Assembly (NCBI RefSeq): GCF_009914755.1 | Contig: NC_060926.1 | From: the human T2T-CHM13v2.0 reference genome, Homo sapiens | DNA: 64,000 nt | Direction: 5' to 3' (one strand) | In this document: one piece after another, positions 27,570-40,889 of the stretch | How the letters are laid out: each line of letters starts with the position of its first letter | Numbering within the stretch: the first letter of the stretch is position 1 | Translations under genes and position numbers: made by a program | Notes under the pieces: generated by a model | Database searches by the model: none | Seen by the model: the letters and a program-made list of their open reading frames with translations, nothing else | Told to the model about the DNA's origin: nothing

Positions 27570-27950
27570 GGCAATTTCTCAAGTATAAGCCAGGCACCCT
27601 GGAGTCACACCCCATTCTTTTAGACACTGTGGCTTTCTCAATAAATTTCTGCTTCAGGGAACTCAAGGACACCATAGATTAAATTTGGACCAATTTATTG
27701 GAGGAAGATATGACAGCCCTCCTCCTTGGGGAAGCCCTCGCTGATCAATGTAGCCAGAAGAACAACTTCCTCTTTGTAACCCCATCAGCCTTGTTGTTTG
27801 CACCACTGTATACCTCCTGGTATTCTGAATAGTGTATATGTGACAAGATTTTTTTTAAAGCTTTGCAAAGCAGAAATCATAGTTTACATTTCTTAGCACT
27901 CATTTCACTGTGTTTCAGACCAAGTAGGTACTCCATTCCTGTGCTGATCA
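27570..27950 (+). mobile_element. L2 fragment
   Basis: cctccttggggaagccctc...agtaggtactc. Confidence 0.5.
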
Positions 27951-28544
27951 ATGAGAAACTCGAAAAAGAAGAGCAGGCTCTTATCAGAGAGAACACCCAG
28001 ATGCCTGTTAGGTTTGGGACCAGCTTCTAAGGGGATCGATGAAAGCTCTACCTCCTGTTATGGACAAAGCACTAGAGAGTCTGCCATGGGAACGATCCTA
28101 GGCTGCCAGAGAATGATGCGGAAAACTCAGTTGCCATGGAAACTTGTATGATCTGATGATTCCCATTGTTGAAAGATGGTGAGACAACAGGAGAATGACA
28201 AACAGATCTTGGAGCCCTAAGAACACATGGAACATGCCAAGCAAACATCTCTACTCATTTGTACTTATTTCTGCTATAGAAGCAGTCTCATTTCATCATC
28301 TGTCAATAACATAGCATTTATAAAAGGCTTTCAAAATGTGTCCAGTTCCTGTTTTTATGTAGTGATCTCAGCGACAACAAGGATGCACAGAACTACCTCT
28401 GATGCTGGCAGACAACACTTATCACAGCAGCTGAATACAGCTGAATGAAACAGGTGTCACCCGAGCTCCTGCTCCATGACTCCAGCAAGGGAAGCCATCC
28501 ATGGGCAGATGCTATGGTCAGCACTAATGGCACGTGAAGCTACC

Positions 28545-28720
28545 TAACAATTTTTGCATCACAGATTCCTGTGAGAATCTAATTATACCTACAGACTCAC
28601 TCCCCAGAAAAATGTACAAATGCATATAACATAAAATATATCAAAGAATTCAAAGCCCTGGAAGTCTTTTCATAAATCTCCCCTATCAAGCACCTTGGGA
28701 CTCAAGAGAATCCAGGACAC
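28545..28720. mobile_element. Old hAT-type MITE remnant (family uncertain)
   Basis: tgagaatcta...ctccccagaaaaatgtaca...ccctggaag resembles Charlie-derived MERs. Confidence 0.45.
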
Positions 28721-28934
28721 CATATTAATAATCTCTGATGTAAAACAAACAAACAAAAAACTTTACACACACACACTAGAATCATCCTTGGGCAAACCTG
28801 AAGAGCAGCATGCCATTTCCTCTCTCCAACCTTCCCAAACAGCACCCTGGGCCTGCTGCATGTGGGCCCCCTTTATCCCATATTCAGCACCCCCATGACT
28901 GTGTATTTGGTTCATAAGCAGCTGCTCACTGCTA

Positions 28935-29040
28935 AGTTCACTCACTCATTCATTCATTTTACTGAGCTTTTTCTATGTGTCAGACTTTAGGAATACAATG
29001 TGAATATGACATGGCCCATGCCCTCAGGAAACCTACAGTC
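28935..29040 (-). mobile_element. L2 3' end
   Basis: tcattcattcattttactgagc...tatgtgtcagac...tgccctcaggaa. Confidence 0.7.
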
Positions 29041-29241
29041 AGGGGTGATTTTTCTTCTCAGGGAACATAATGGCCATGTCTGGAGACAGTTTTCATTGTC
29101 ACAATGAGGGAGGGGTGCTCCTGGCATCCAATGGGTAGAAGCCAGGTATCCCAATAAACGTCCTACAATACACAGGACAGCGCCCATGACAAAGAATGAT
29201 CAGGTCCAAACTGTCGATAGTGTCGAGGCTGGGAAACCCTG
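29041..29241. mobile_element. MER20 (hAT-Charlie)
   Basis: atgtctggagacagtttt...ctggcatccaatgggtagaagccagg...cctacaatacacaggacagc...gaggctgggaaaccctg. Confidence 0.9.
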
Positions 29242-29765
29242 TTCTAGAGCACACTGGCCTGTGGGAATGTGAAAAGGCCAGAAGTAGGTATTATGCCAGC
29301 TCAGGAAGGGGCGTGTTCATAAGAACTCCGGAACATGTGGCTTCGATGACAGCCTGCCTTCTTTTCAGAGATGAAAGGAAGGAGAGAAGGAAGCAAAGGA
29401 GCCATTCAGAGTGAGTAACAACCACAATGAAGGTGGATCCTCCTTCAGGCAGTGTCAGAGGAGGCAGGACCAATTGCAAGTGCTGGGCAGACAAATGGCA
29501 TTTCTTCCAGAATCTCCTCAGGGGAAATGCTGCTGACCCTCTACTCACCTCCATCAGTCAGTGGCCCAGCAGAGGGAATGTGCAGCCATTTGATAGGACC
29601 ATCACTCAAGTCATAAACCCCACTGCATGCTGGGGGACGGCTAGATGCTGGAGGTGCCCCATCGCTCACCAGGTTCTCCCTACTCTTCTCCCATTCTAGT
29701 CAATAACTCCACCTTGTACATGAACACGCCATAATCAGTTCTCATATGAATAAAAACACAAAATT

Positions 29766-29817
29766 GTATATATATGGGTATGTGTGTACACACACACATG
29801 CACGTACACACACACAC
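29766..29817. repeat. Mixed (TA)/(TG)/(CA) repeat
   Basis: Direct reading. Confidence 0.8.
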
Positions 29818-30174
29818 TATTATAAATCGCAATCTCTTCTAAAGTTGGTTCCAAGGTCTGGTTCATCAGAAAATCACAAGATCAGAAAATAGACCTAGAC
29901 CTACATTCTACATTCCTTATAAGTCTCCCCTTCCCACCTCCATTCCTTTGTCAATTGTTTTGCTGAAACCAAGTCTGGCTTCCCTCTGATCTAGACTGTT
30001 CTAAACTGCAGGCTCCTCAGTGGGCACAGATACAGCAGACGTGCTAATGCACATGGTCTAGTCCTGTTGAGGTAGCTGATGCTCTTTCACATTGTGAAGC
30101 ACCGTGAAGGAGCTCCCAGTCACTGGCATAAAGCAATTTTCTGCTTCAGAGCTGTTAGCTGTGCAGATGCATTG

Positions 30175-30415
30175 TAGTCTGGGGATAGCCCCAGACCTAA
30201 AGTGAAATCCCAACTCTACCTCTTACCAGTTCCATTGCCTTGAGGAAGTTGATGAACTTGTTAAGCTTCAGATTTCTCATTTGTAAAATAGGGGTAATTA
30301 GAGTTCCTACCTTAAAGGGTTGTTGTTAAATATTAAATGGTAGTTTCCATATAAAGTATTGAGCAGCATGCCTAGCCTATATTAAGCCTCCATAAATTTC
30401 AGCTACTATTACTAA
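30175..30415 (+). mobile_element. MIR
   Basis: tttctcatttgtaaaataggggtaat...cctacct...agggttgttg. Confidence 0.8.
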
Positions 30416-31829
30416 GGGAAGGAAGCCATCCTGGTTGAGACTTAATGCATGATTCACTAAGTGAACATGCTGAGCTGTCTGCTAAAGTGGCTTTGATGTT
30501 CGATTCTGCCATCCTCATTGCTGACATGCTCTATGTCCACTGCTTGGACCTAGTCTACTTCCGTCCTCCATTCAGACTGTCCCCAGCACCAGTGTTGCTG
30601 CAGATCTCCAATGGCCCTCCAAGACTTTTCGTGTTAGGATCTGATCTCTTCCCACTCTTTTGGGGCTCCCTCAAGACTTGCAGCAAGTAGCACCTGTGGG
30701 TGGTGCCCTCCTGGCCCAGCCTCCCCTGCCTCCTCCTAGCTCATCTGCTCCCAGCTCCATCCATGGGACCCGGAGATCTGCACTGTTGGAGAACAGGTGG
30801 GCAGGGCACCTCTCCTGCATTTCTGGACCTGCAGTGATGGGCTGAGCTCGGCTGGTGGACAGATTCACTGGGTAGATACTTGTCTAAGGGTCTGACACGT
30901 CTCTAACTCCACCTCCACCCACTCTCAAGAGGGCACAGTCAATATTTCAGCGTGACATTTTGGAAAGGTTGCTAAACCAGGCCAAAGCTAGTCTATTCCC
31001 CACCAGTTACTTTTCTCCTAAAAATGGCCTTCACTAGATCCTCAGATGTCACGCCATCTTCTGATACCTGGCTCAGGCCATGGTCTCTATTCTAAGTACA
31101 TGTAAGAGACACAGAAATAATAGACAAGTTAGGGGAAATGAGGCAGTTGGAGGAAAAGAAAAACTCCCTCTTGTTCTTTGGCCCTCCCTGACTTGATGCT
31201 CATTTGGGAAATCTCAAAACCATCTTGATATCAGAGAACAAAGATCAGGCTTCCCAGAGGACAACTTGGCAGGTTCCCAGTGGCCAGGGGCACAGGGCAA
31301 ATGGTACTTTATGTACTCTTCCATCAGTAGACATGGTCAAAGGGACTGAGATTAGACTAGCTGGAAACCTTCTATAGGAAGCTGGTGTTTTGGGCTCTGT
31401 GCAGCATCCCTATGGTAAGAGGAGGTCTAACAAGAGAACCATGAGAGTCAAGAAAGATCCAGTCATATCTGAAGCAGTACAGAATAAAGACTTTTGTTTT
31501 CTTAGTATTCATAACCCACTAGCTGTAGGCTGTACTGAGCAACACCAGCAATACCTCTATTTTGCATTTAGAAAAAGTATCCGCAAGGCTGAACATACTC
31601 TATGTCAATATTTTCTAAATATTTAGAAAAATGCCTTCTAAATATTTTTCTACTATTCTTCCTACTGGGGTATATGTACCTTTGATAACAGCCTAAACCT
31701 GTTCCTCTGCCTGCCCGCATATCACATATACTGAGGGTAAATACAAATCACTACTTAGAAAATCAGCACCCAGGAAACGTAAAACAGGACTTTCAAAATT
31801 CCCATTGCTCTAATGCATGCGGATAGCCA

Positions 31830-32021
31830 TTACAATCCAGCCTAGTGCCTGTCTTTGTAATTAAAGTGTTTTTGTAAATAAAATAGCTACATTTGATCAT
31901 GTGTCTTCAGAGGCAGCTCTCTTCCTACAACAAAGGTGAGCAGTTGTAACTACTCACGTGGCCTGCAGAGCCTGAAATATTTACTATCTGGAACTTTATA
32001 GAAAGAGTTTGCTGATTCCTG
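31830..32021. mobile_element. MER58-type hAT MITE
   Basis: tggcctgcagagcctgaaatatttactatctgg...tttatagaaagagtttgctgattcctg. Confidence 0.8.
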
Positions 32022-32438
32022 CTTCAGAATTACGTCTAGTCACTAAATAGAGGGGAAATAACTGAAGATAAACAGCAGAGATTTAAATTCAATATGAGGA
32101 AGAAGTTTCCCTGGGAGAAAAAATTCAGTAATGACATGAATTGGCACCAAAGGATGCAGGACCAATATCCTTGGGTTGCCTCTTTTTTCTCTACTCTCAG
32201 TCTGCAGTTACCAAATTCCCTCTGACGCTTCAAACTACAGCTCCCCCATGGCCCCTCCATGTAGTTGCACAGCTCCAACTACAGCTTCCCCATGGCCCCT
32301 CCTCACATCTTCCCAGAGTGACCTCAGCATCTACTACTGTCAGTGCCACACAGTTCATTTCCATGTGATGATATTTTTCCTGCTTATTAGGACAGCTTCC
32401 CTAGATAAACTAGAAGCACTTGAGGAAGCCTATCCCCC

Positions 32439-32937
32439 TGTATCAGCCAGGGAGACCTTCCAGGAAAGAGATGGCACACTCAAAGCATCTAACTGAGGAG
32501 AGTTTGGTAAAGGGACTGTTTACTGAATTGTGGACAGAGCTAAGTCAAACCAACAAAAGATGGGCTAACAACAACCAAGAACCATTACTATGAAGAATCG
32601 TTAAGGTATGGGAAAAGAAAAGGTGCCAGAACATAGATAGAGCAGTGGTTCTAACTATAGCTGGAGTTCTGGGGAGAGGGTTGTCCAACAAAAGCTGCAA
32701 CTTTAGGCAAAGGTGCCCAGTTCCTGTGGTCCATGACCAAGCAGGGTGAGAGTGGGAGAACAAACACCTCGACCTCTGATCTCCTGCTAGGAGACAAGTA
32801 GGACCTCTTTCTCCCATTGGCTAAACCCAACCAGATGCCAAAAGGCAAGTCCATGTGGTGCATCCTCCAGGGATGATTGGCCAGGTAGAGAAGGAAAAAG
32901 AGTGGATCTGGAGGGAAAATGGAAACCATCCAGCACA
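32439..32937 (-). mobile_element. LTR33 (ERVL) solo LTR
   Basis: tgtatcag...agatggcacactcaaa...tgaggagagttt..taaagggact...cccattggctaaacccaacc...gagtggatctggagg. Confidence 0.85.
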
Positions 32938-34184
32938 TCCCCATAGCTGGTTTTCAATAGTGCTTGTTGACTGATTGTGTTATGAATGTTGTGGAAGTCT
33001 TGATTACTATAACGATTTGGATACAAACAGTCAAGAGGCTGAAGGTTGAATTCAGGGATGTGTGCACGTCCTTTTTTTCCTCTACAAGCTTATAAAACTA
33101 TACTGCTGTCGGAACTGAGGATTTAGTGTGGCAGTGTGGCAAACGTTTTTTCTTCCTTTTGTGGGGGAGAAGAAAAGAGGGTACCAGGAAGAAATTCATA
33201 CTGTTACTCTCATCTGTGCTTAAAAGCTAAATGTATTTCCCAAAAATTAAAAAGAGAATGTTTGTTACTTAAATGTGAGCTGGTAAGAAAGATAACTCAT
33301 GCTCCAGCATGCTCATCAGCTAAATACTACCACAGCTACAAGTGTCAAACAGCTACATGGGCAGCCCGGGAATGAGTCTTGCAAATAAAAGAGCACAGTG
33401 TGAAATGATGACTTTTTCTGATCAAAAAGCACCCTGGGAAGGGCTGAACAGTTTTGGGTCAAGAAGAGGACTCGATTTCTGGGGTGATTTTTATCGTTAT
33501 CAGAGAGTAGACTGTACTTGCCGTGAACGTATATACGGCTACTCCGCACACTCCTACTGGTGGAGGCAAACTTGTAGTCACTTGTCTTTCTCTCTGGGCC
33601 TTTACCCCCCACAATGAAACATATTTTTCATTTCAGTTTCACTTACGTATCACTTTCTCCTTTAAAAGGGTGAATAATAAAGTAAAAAAATCACCATCAA
33701 TGAATATTTCAGTGTGTTACCAGGGCACACACACATGGACATGTATATGTGTGCACACACATACACTCAAACCCTTCCCCATGCCACGTGACTAAGGACC
33801 ACAAACTTGTTTTCCCCAATTGGAGCTTTTTTCAGTTTTTGGACTGTGAGTTTCTTTATTCTGTGATTCCTCCAGTCTAAAAATGTAAAAGCCATTGTAA
33901 GGGAGCTATAATTTCTACTCAACACTTCAATGATTTGATTATATAAAATAAAAAGTGTAATGAAGTTAATAGCACCTTATTCTTGCAATACATTATGAGA
34001 ATATTTTCCTGTAAAATCTGAAAGTGGAAATTACCTCTGGGCCCCCTAACTCTCAAAAATATGTGTCATGACGATTATTGCAATGGAATTTTAAGACTTA
34101 AGAACGTAATATGTTTCTCTTTCCTCTATTCAGTTTCCCACAAGGACATCTTCTGTTCCTGGGATAGTATATAATGAAAGATAA

Positions 34185-34330
34185 AGAACTTAAGTGACAG
34201 GTTGTTCTACTTTTGGTGTAATCCTAGCGTGTGAGCTCAGGAAGAGCAGATAACCTCTCTGGGCCTTAAGCAGTCTGCAAAGTGAGGAGACGAGATAACC
34301 GATTTTCACTTTAGCATTCTAGATTCAAAA
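34185..34330 (+). mobile_element. MIR3-like fragment
   Basis: taacctctctgggcct...gcaaagtgagg...cattctagattc. Confidence 0.45.
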
Positions 34331-35642
34331 AATAAAATAAAAAGCATGCATTGGGAATGAAAACTGTACTGTAATGCCAGGTTTGTTGTTCTTGTTGTTT
34401 TCTTGTATTTCACAGCAGCCCTTATCTAGAATCTTCCCTACCTGCTTCTTGCCTAGTAATTTGTGTGGCTTCAGCATAAAGCTGAAGAAGAGGGCAACAT
34501 CTTGAGTTCAGATCCCTCACAGGCCAGGCATCTTTGATCTCATCCCTGGTCTAGCTTTCTTTCTGATACTTGGAATTCATTCAAGGTGCTTTCAATGGTT
34601 CCCATTCCCAAAGAATCAACTCAAAAAGAATACTCTAGCTGCTATTCTCCCAGAAGTAGCATCTTATTTGAAGAAGAGAACATAATACTATAACCGGGGG
34701 CAAAATTGTAGTAACTTGGCCTAAGTGCTATAATGTTGAAAAGCATTTAAGCACCCCCCTACACACTGTGATAGGAAAGGACATCCTTTTTCAGAATTTT
34801 CCCAATCTGGGCATGCAGATGTAACACAGTCTGCCTCTAGGAAACAAGGAAAAGATTTCACTAGTGTAAAAGCTCTCCTAAGCATGACACAGGGAGACTT
34901 AACAGGATTAAGTCTCTCAGGTGGTGCCAAACAAGTTCTCATTTTCACAGCGTTCTTCTATGCCAGCAAGTCAAGAAACATATTTGCAGCCCTCAACAAG
35001 TTTCAGGGTACAGCCATATGCCAGAAAGAATGCAAGCTCAATTTAGGGTTTTCAGCTAGACTGGTAATGTGACAGGATTTTACTTATGCCCATTTTCAAG
35101 CTATCTTTAGGCAAAATTTAAATATGAGCATTGACACTGTTTCCCTTTTTCCGATCTGCAAGTACCTACGATCCCCATTGGGGGTTACTCACGTCCCCCT
35201 GCCCTGTCTTGTCCTGCCCTATCCCTGCCTTCGCAGCTATCTGGGCTCTGCCTTCTTCTATTTTACCAATTCCCACAACAAAATTCTGCTCATCGGTTTG
35301 ACATTTGGCAGTGATCCAAGGCCATTTATTAATGAGTGCTACTATGAATTATTGAAAGACAATAGCTTATTATGTTTAACTTTATAGGGTATTTGCATAA
35401 AACTTGAGATCTGAGGCAGAAATCTATGGCTTTGGGGACCAACCAATACCGATGATATTTCTGGGTTAAGAGAATCTTTCTTGAGCTGCTCACATCATAC
35501 CCTACGGCTGTCTCTGTCCTTAGCCTAGGCCTAAGACAGACCCTATTGGCATGCTGATATGTAAAAAGTGTTTTTCTTCTGCAAAGGAGAGGCTGAGAAA
35601 TTATCTCTTTATCCCAGGTTTCCCCAGAAGTTGAAAAGGGAA

Positions 35643-35699
35643 TACACATACATATACACACAGAGACACACACACAGACACCCAGACACACTCACACAC
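35643..35699. repeat. Degenerate (CA)n
   Basis: Direct reading. Confidence 0.75.
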
Positions 35700-37740
35700 C
35701 AATGTCACCACGTTCAACCTGGAGTTAGCAAGACGTAGGAGGTGAGATGGGGTCAGATCTACGGAGAGGAGAACCTGAAATACACCAAAGTTGGCCTCTA
35801 AAGGTATGCTGGTCAATGCACAGACCAAATAGACACAGACATTGATTCTGACTAAGGAGAGAAGAACTTGACATAAATGCTTAACACAATCTTCTTCTCA
35901 AGTCCCAGAAACTCACATCTATGAATAATTTGTGAGGCAGAGCCTCAGCCGCTAAGAGGTAAATAACTAATCTGTCCGTGACAGAGCAAGACCTACAGCT
36001 GCAAAGTTTGAAAGGTATAACGGATAAATCAAACCAACAAATAGTTCATTGAACCCCCACTCTGCTAGACTCCAGGACAGGTGCTGAGCATATACAAGTG
36101 AATAAAGCACATCCCTATAAAATGTGCACAAGGAACCAAGCTAAATCTCTATTTCAGAAAGTTTGCTTTCTATTTCAAGTTTGCTTGATTTGATTCCTTG
36201 CTCTGTTCACACGCATTGCGTAACAGAAAAGGTGACCCACACATGTTGGCCCAGAGACTGCAGAAGAATAGCCAACCATCAGACTTAGTCTAAAGTGAAT
36301 TAGTCTGTTTCACTGGACTAAGCAGATTTTCACACCGGATAGCAAACCCAACCAGGTTGTTAAGAATAATATTCATCAGCATTAAAACTCTCAGAAAGTT
36401 AGTTTACAGACAACTGAACTAATGCACATACCTAAGAAGGTCTCCAAGACTTTCTCTGCTCTTCAATATTTGAACCTGTATTGAATTCTTGTTCAACTTA
36501 CCCCCAAGGTTAAGATAAATGGGGGATGGAACAACTATACGTAGGCTTAGCATTTGGCATCAGCTATACAGTAGTGTTTTTGTATAGGCTGAAGTCTACA
36601 TCAGTTGTAATTAATGTAATTATATATAATGTTGACAGATTATGACATTTGCCTATTAAGACACTATACAAACATTCCAATAATTTGCTGGCTTTTGAGT
36701 TTGTAAAAAATAAATGAAACAAAATCTCAAGGGATGTTGCTAATGGTGTAACTGGAAGAGAGGTTTCAAAAGCACAGCGTTCAGGAAATAACAGTCAAAG
36801 AATAATGCATTCAAAGCCAAAACATATAGAGTGGTAAATGAATATTTAGTACTTACCACAAGACTGCTGTCTAGAGACAGCCTTTTTCCAAAGTCCCTTT
36901 TCTCAAGCTGTCTCTTTCCCTCCATGGATGAAGTTATTTATTTTCTTTTGTGACTTATAAGAATCCCCCGTCTGTTTCCAGGGTCACTGAAAAGAGTGAA
37001 CATGTGTTTTACTATCCAAGTACACAGTGTTTAGACCTTTGTTTTTAACTCTCTAACCAGAAACAAGCATTGAAGTCAAAAAATACCCAGTCCCAAATAA
37101 TAAGTATAGAACTAGGCTCTCTCTACTCAAAAGACCACTCCGTGTTACAAATGTCAGAGTTGTCTTTATGGCGGCCCCTGTGTTTTTATAGGTTTTGCTA
37201 ATGGAGTTGGGGAATGGGTTTGCAGGTTGAATCAGCAGACTGTAGAAAAAAGCAAACAGTCCGTTTCATGCCACACTTGCTCCACACCCGTCCTCTCTCT
37301 ATCAGCCAGAATAATTCTGTTACTGTGCACATAGATGCTGTCTGCAAATTCCATGAGATCAAACCGACAAAACCACGCTCTATAACCAAGAGTTATTGAG
37401 CTCAAGGCCCAATGAAGGGAAACTGAAACATGAACATTGTTTAATTTAAAAAATATGTAATTTAAAAATATTTGAGGAACATTGTAAGATACATTCCTTT
37501 GGGGATAGATTGATTCAAAATGAATGGTGGGTGATGTCATTACTGTCAATGAGTATTTATAGAACCCACTGTATTTTTACCATATTAGATATAGTTCATC
37601 CCTGAACTCCACTGAGATTGCTTTTTCTAGAATGATTAAGTATTCTGGTTAATAAGGATTCATCATATATGTTAAGTGCCAGCTTCCAATTTTCACAAAG
37701 ATGTAAAAGGCTTGAAATAAAAGAAATGGGTTACAGTAAA

Positions 37741-37743
<3 letters not shown>

Positions 37744-37778
<35 letters not shown>

Positions 37779-38090
37779 GGATGGAAGCTCGCTCTGTCAC
37801 CCAGGCTGGAGTACAGTGGCACGATCTCAGCTCACTGCAAGCTCCGCCTCCCTGGTTCTCAGCTCACTGCAAGCTCCGCCTCCCTGGTTCACGCCATTCT
37901 CCTGCCTCAGCCTCCCGAGTAGCTGGGACTACAGGCGCCTGCCACCATGCCAGGCTGATTTTTTGTATTTTTAGTAGAGACAGGGTTTCACCGTGTTAGC
38001 CAGGATGGTCTCGATCTCCTGAGCTCATGATCTGCCTGCCTCGGCCTCCCAAAGTACTGGGATTACAGGCATGAGCCACCGCGCCTGGCC
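37744..38090 (-). mobile_element. AluY with a 32-bp internal tandem duplication, inserted in a MIR
   Basis: Y diagnostics gcaagctccgcc, ttcacgccattc, gtgttagccaggatggtctcgatc; long pure T tail; TSD cagtaaaggattt / cagtccaggattt. Confidence 0.97.
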
Positions 38091-38250
38091 CAGTCCAGGA
38101 TTTCTTATCCACTAGCCAAGTGACCTTGGACAAGTCATTTAACCTCTCAGAAACTCATTTTTCTCAACTACAAAACATGATGATAGCAATCAAATGATGT
38201 ATGGGAATATGATTTGGATGCCATAAATTACAACTCATATGTAAGTTATA
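38091..38250 (+). mobile_element. MIR fragment
   Basis: gtgaccttggacaagtcatttaacctctc. Confidence 0.75.
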
Positions 38251-39104
38251 ATTACCCACAGATTACATTTAAAAACAGTTAACCTGAAATATGAGTCAAT
38301 ATAATTCAATATATCCTTGATGATTCAGAAGGTGCTTTGAGATATAGAAATTGCTCATAATCCTTGTAAATAAACATAGACATTGTACTGCTGATGCAGA
38401 AGAGATGAAATACAATGCTATACCAATTAACTTTTTAATATAATTGGAAAGAAATATGTTCCACAACTCTCAATTGCTCCAAGCCTGACATGGATCAAAC
38501 AGGCAGGATTTCATGGCCCACAGGATGTGGGCTGTCTCTCTTGGTTTTCCTCATCAAGAGGGTTGAGACAGTGGTGCCTGAGATGGGGAATGCCCAAACT
38601 ATAGTCAATCATGAGAAACTGATGGTCTCATATTCCAGCTTAGGCTTCCTCCTCCATCTTAGTCATTTTATCTCTTACTTTCAAGAACACTAATTTTTAA
38701 TACATCACTGGTCCACTCAGAAACTCTTAAGAGTTCAATCAGAATTTAGGATAAAATCCAAAGTTTTCAATATCATTTTCTAAAATTCTAGGCAGTATTT
38801 TTCAGAAAAGAAGTTAGTTCTGTATACTGCTATAGGCATGACCACTAGTCAACTGAAATTTGTTTGGGAGGCTGCCTTTTCTACTTTCAGCTGTTCCTGC
38901 CTACTTTGTAGCATTCTCCCTCTCCCCCAGTCTCAGTGACTGTAAACACTGGTAGTTCAGAACACCCTCTGCAGTGATGAACCAGCTAGAGACTACTCTG
39001 ACCCTCATATTTCCCTCTCCACCAAAAACACACCCTCCTAAGTCTTGATCCCAAAGAGCATGGGAGTTTGATAGCTCATAATAGATTGTGCTTTGGCCTT
39101 TAGC

Positions 39105-39310
39105 ACATATGCATTGAGTGCCTACTGTACAGAAGACAGTAGGAATACCCTAGGAATACTGTATGGAAAACAATCCTTACATGTTAGTGACACAGTCATG
39201 TACAAGAAAAACAAAGTCCCCGCCTTTGTGGAACTCATATTTTAGTGAGGCATATAGAAAACAAGCAAACAAACAGCTCTAAACTGTGGTAGGTACAGTA
39301 TGAAGGAAAT
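39105..39310 (-). mobile_element. L2 fragment
   Basis: attgagtgcctactgt...acaaagtccccgcc...tagtgagg. Confidence 0.65.
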
Positions 39311-39342
39311 AACCTCCAGCAGGTGGTGCCAAAGTGCCAAGC

Positions 39343-39720
<378 letters not shown>

Positions 39721-39789
39721 TTACAGGCAAAAACTACAGAGGCTTGTAAGCTAATGTATCTCTCTCAGCTCTTATGCTAAACACAAAGG

Positions 39790-40010
39790 TTAATCTTAGG
39801 TTTTAAATTCCCTACCTTACTCCCTACTAGCAGGTAACATTCAACAAATTATTTAACCTATTTAAGCTTCCACTGCTTACTCTATATGACAGCATTGATA
39901 ATAGGACCTTCTTCATAGTAGGGTTTTCTGATGATTAATGAGACAAGCCATTGAAATAGTTAGGCTGGGGACAGATACAGGTAGGTAAGACTTAAATATT
40001 AGATATATTG
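39790..40010 (+). mobile_element. MIR
   Basis: caaattatttaacct...ataataggacct...gattaatgaga. Confidence 0.6.
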
Positions 40011-40889
40011 ATCATCCCTTCTGGCAAATATGATTAAACTCATTAAAAGCAACTCTAGCTACTGAACTTTATGCTCCTTCACAGGCAGATGAGGCTGTCA
40101 TTTTGGGAAATGGGGATCCTTTTGATAGTTCTCAAATAGTCCAATCTGCCTATGTGGAAAGCTGATTTAACAGCTTTCCAAATGGATTTGGTCCATTTCT
40201 TTTCATATTAATGGTACCAATAATATAGGCAGATATAATATTCAAATGATTTAGCAACAATATGGCATAAGGGTTGGCCAATCATAAACGTACAGTTCAA
40301 TCAGGGCTGACAATGGCAACAAGCGGTACAGTTAGAGCAGTGTATCCTAGCCAATTCCCAGCCTAACTACATGTACTGGCCCCACTCCAAGAAGGTGAAA
40401 ATTTGTGAGTTAGACCATAAAACAATCATGGAAAGGTTCAGAGTAAATTTATCCAAGTGGATCAAAGGAAGACTATCTAAAAGAAACAAAATGGCAACCA
40501 GGATGCAGCAATATGAAAAGGAACCTGATTAACAATGAAAATATCAGAAAGGCTGAAACATTCCATTGATCGCACTATTGGGAAAAGACTACATACATAC
40601 AGCAGAGACTGCAGATCCAGGGGGGAAATGAGTATATCATATCCTAAAGATGCCTGGGATTACCTGGGCCATTTGTACCATCCATCTAACTCAACTAATT
40701 CAGAGACTAGTGTCATCAAGTAACCTTCCAATTTTATTTAATTCCTATGCAGTATCACTTATAGAAGAAGAATGTGCTGACCAGCAAATATCAGTAGACA
40801 ATCTTTTGAAAAACTACATTTCTAGTGCAAACTAAAAATGACAGTTTGACATCTTACTCTTTATATTTATTATTTACCTATTTGGTTAG

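Noticed and set aside
25775-32937. Two LTR33 copies 6.2 kb apart as a possible provirus
   Set aside because: Opposite orientations, no gag/pol remnants seen, and the interior holds MIR/L2 relics; these are independent solo LTRs
33290-33325. Minus-strand CTGATGA plus stem as a hammerhead ribozyme (other CTGATGA sites also checked)
   Set aside because: No GAAA after stem II here; the other sites lack a stem II
33404-33448. ATGATGA...CTGA as a C/D-box snoRNA
   Set aside because: Boxes too close together and no terminal stem
34918-39333. Shared 14-mer caggtggtgccaaa at 34918 and 39320
   Set aside because: Several exact 14-mer pairs are expected by chance in 64 kb
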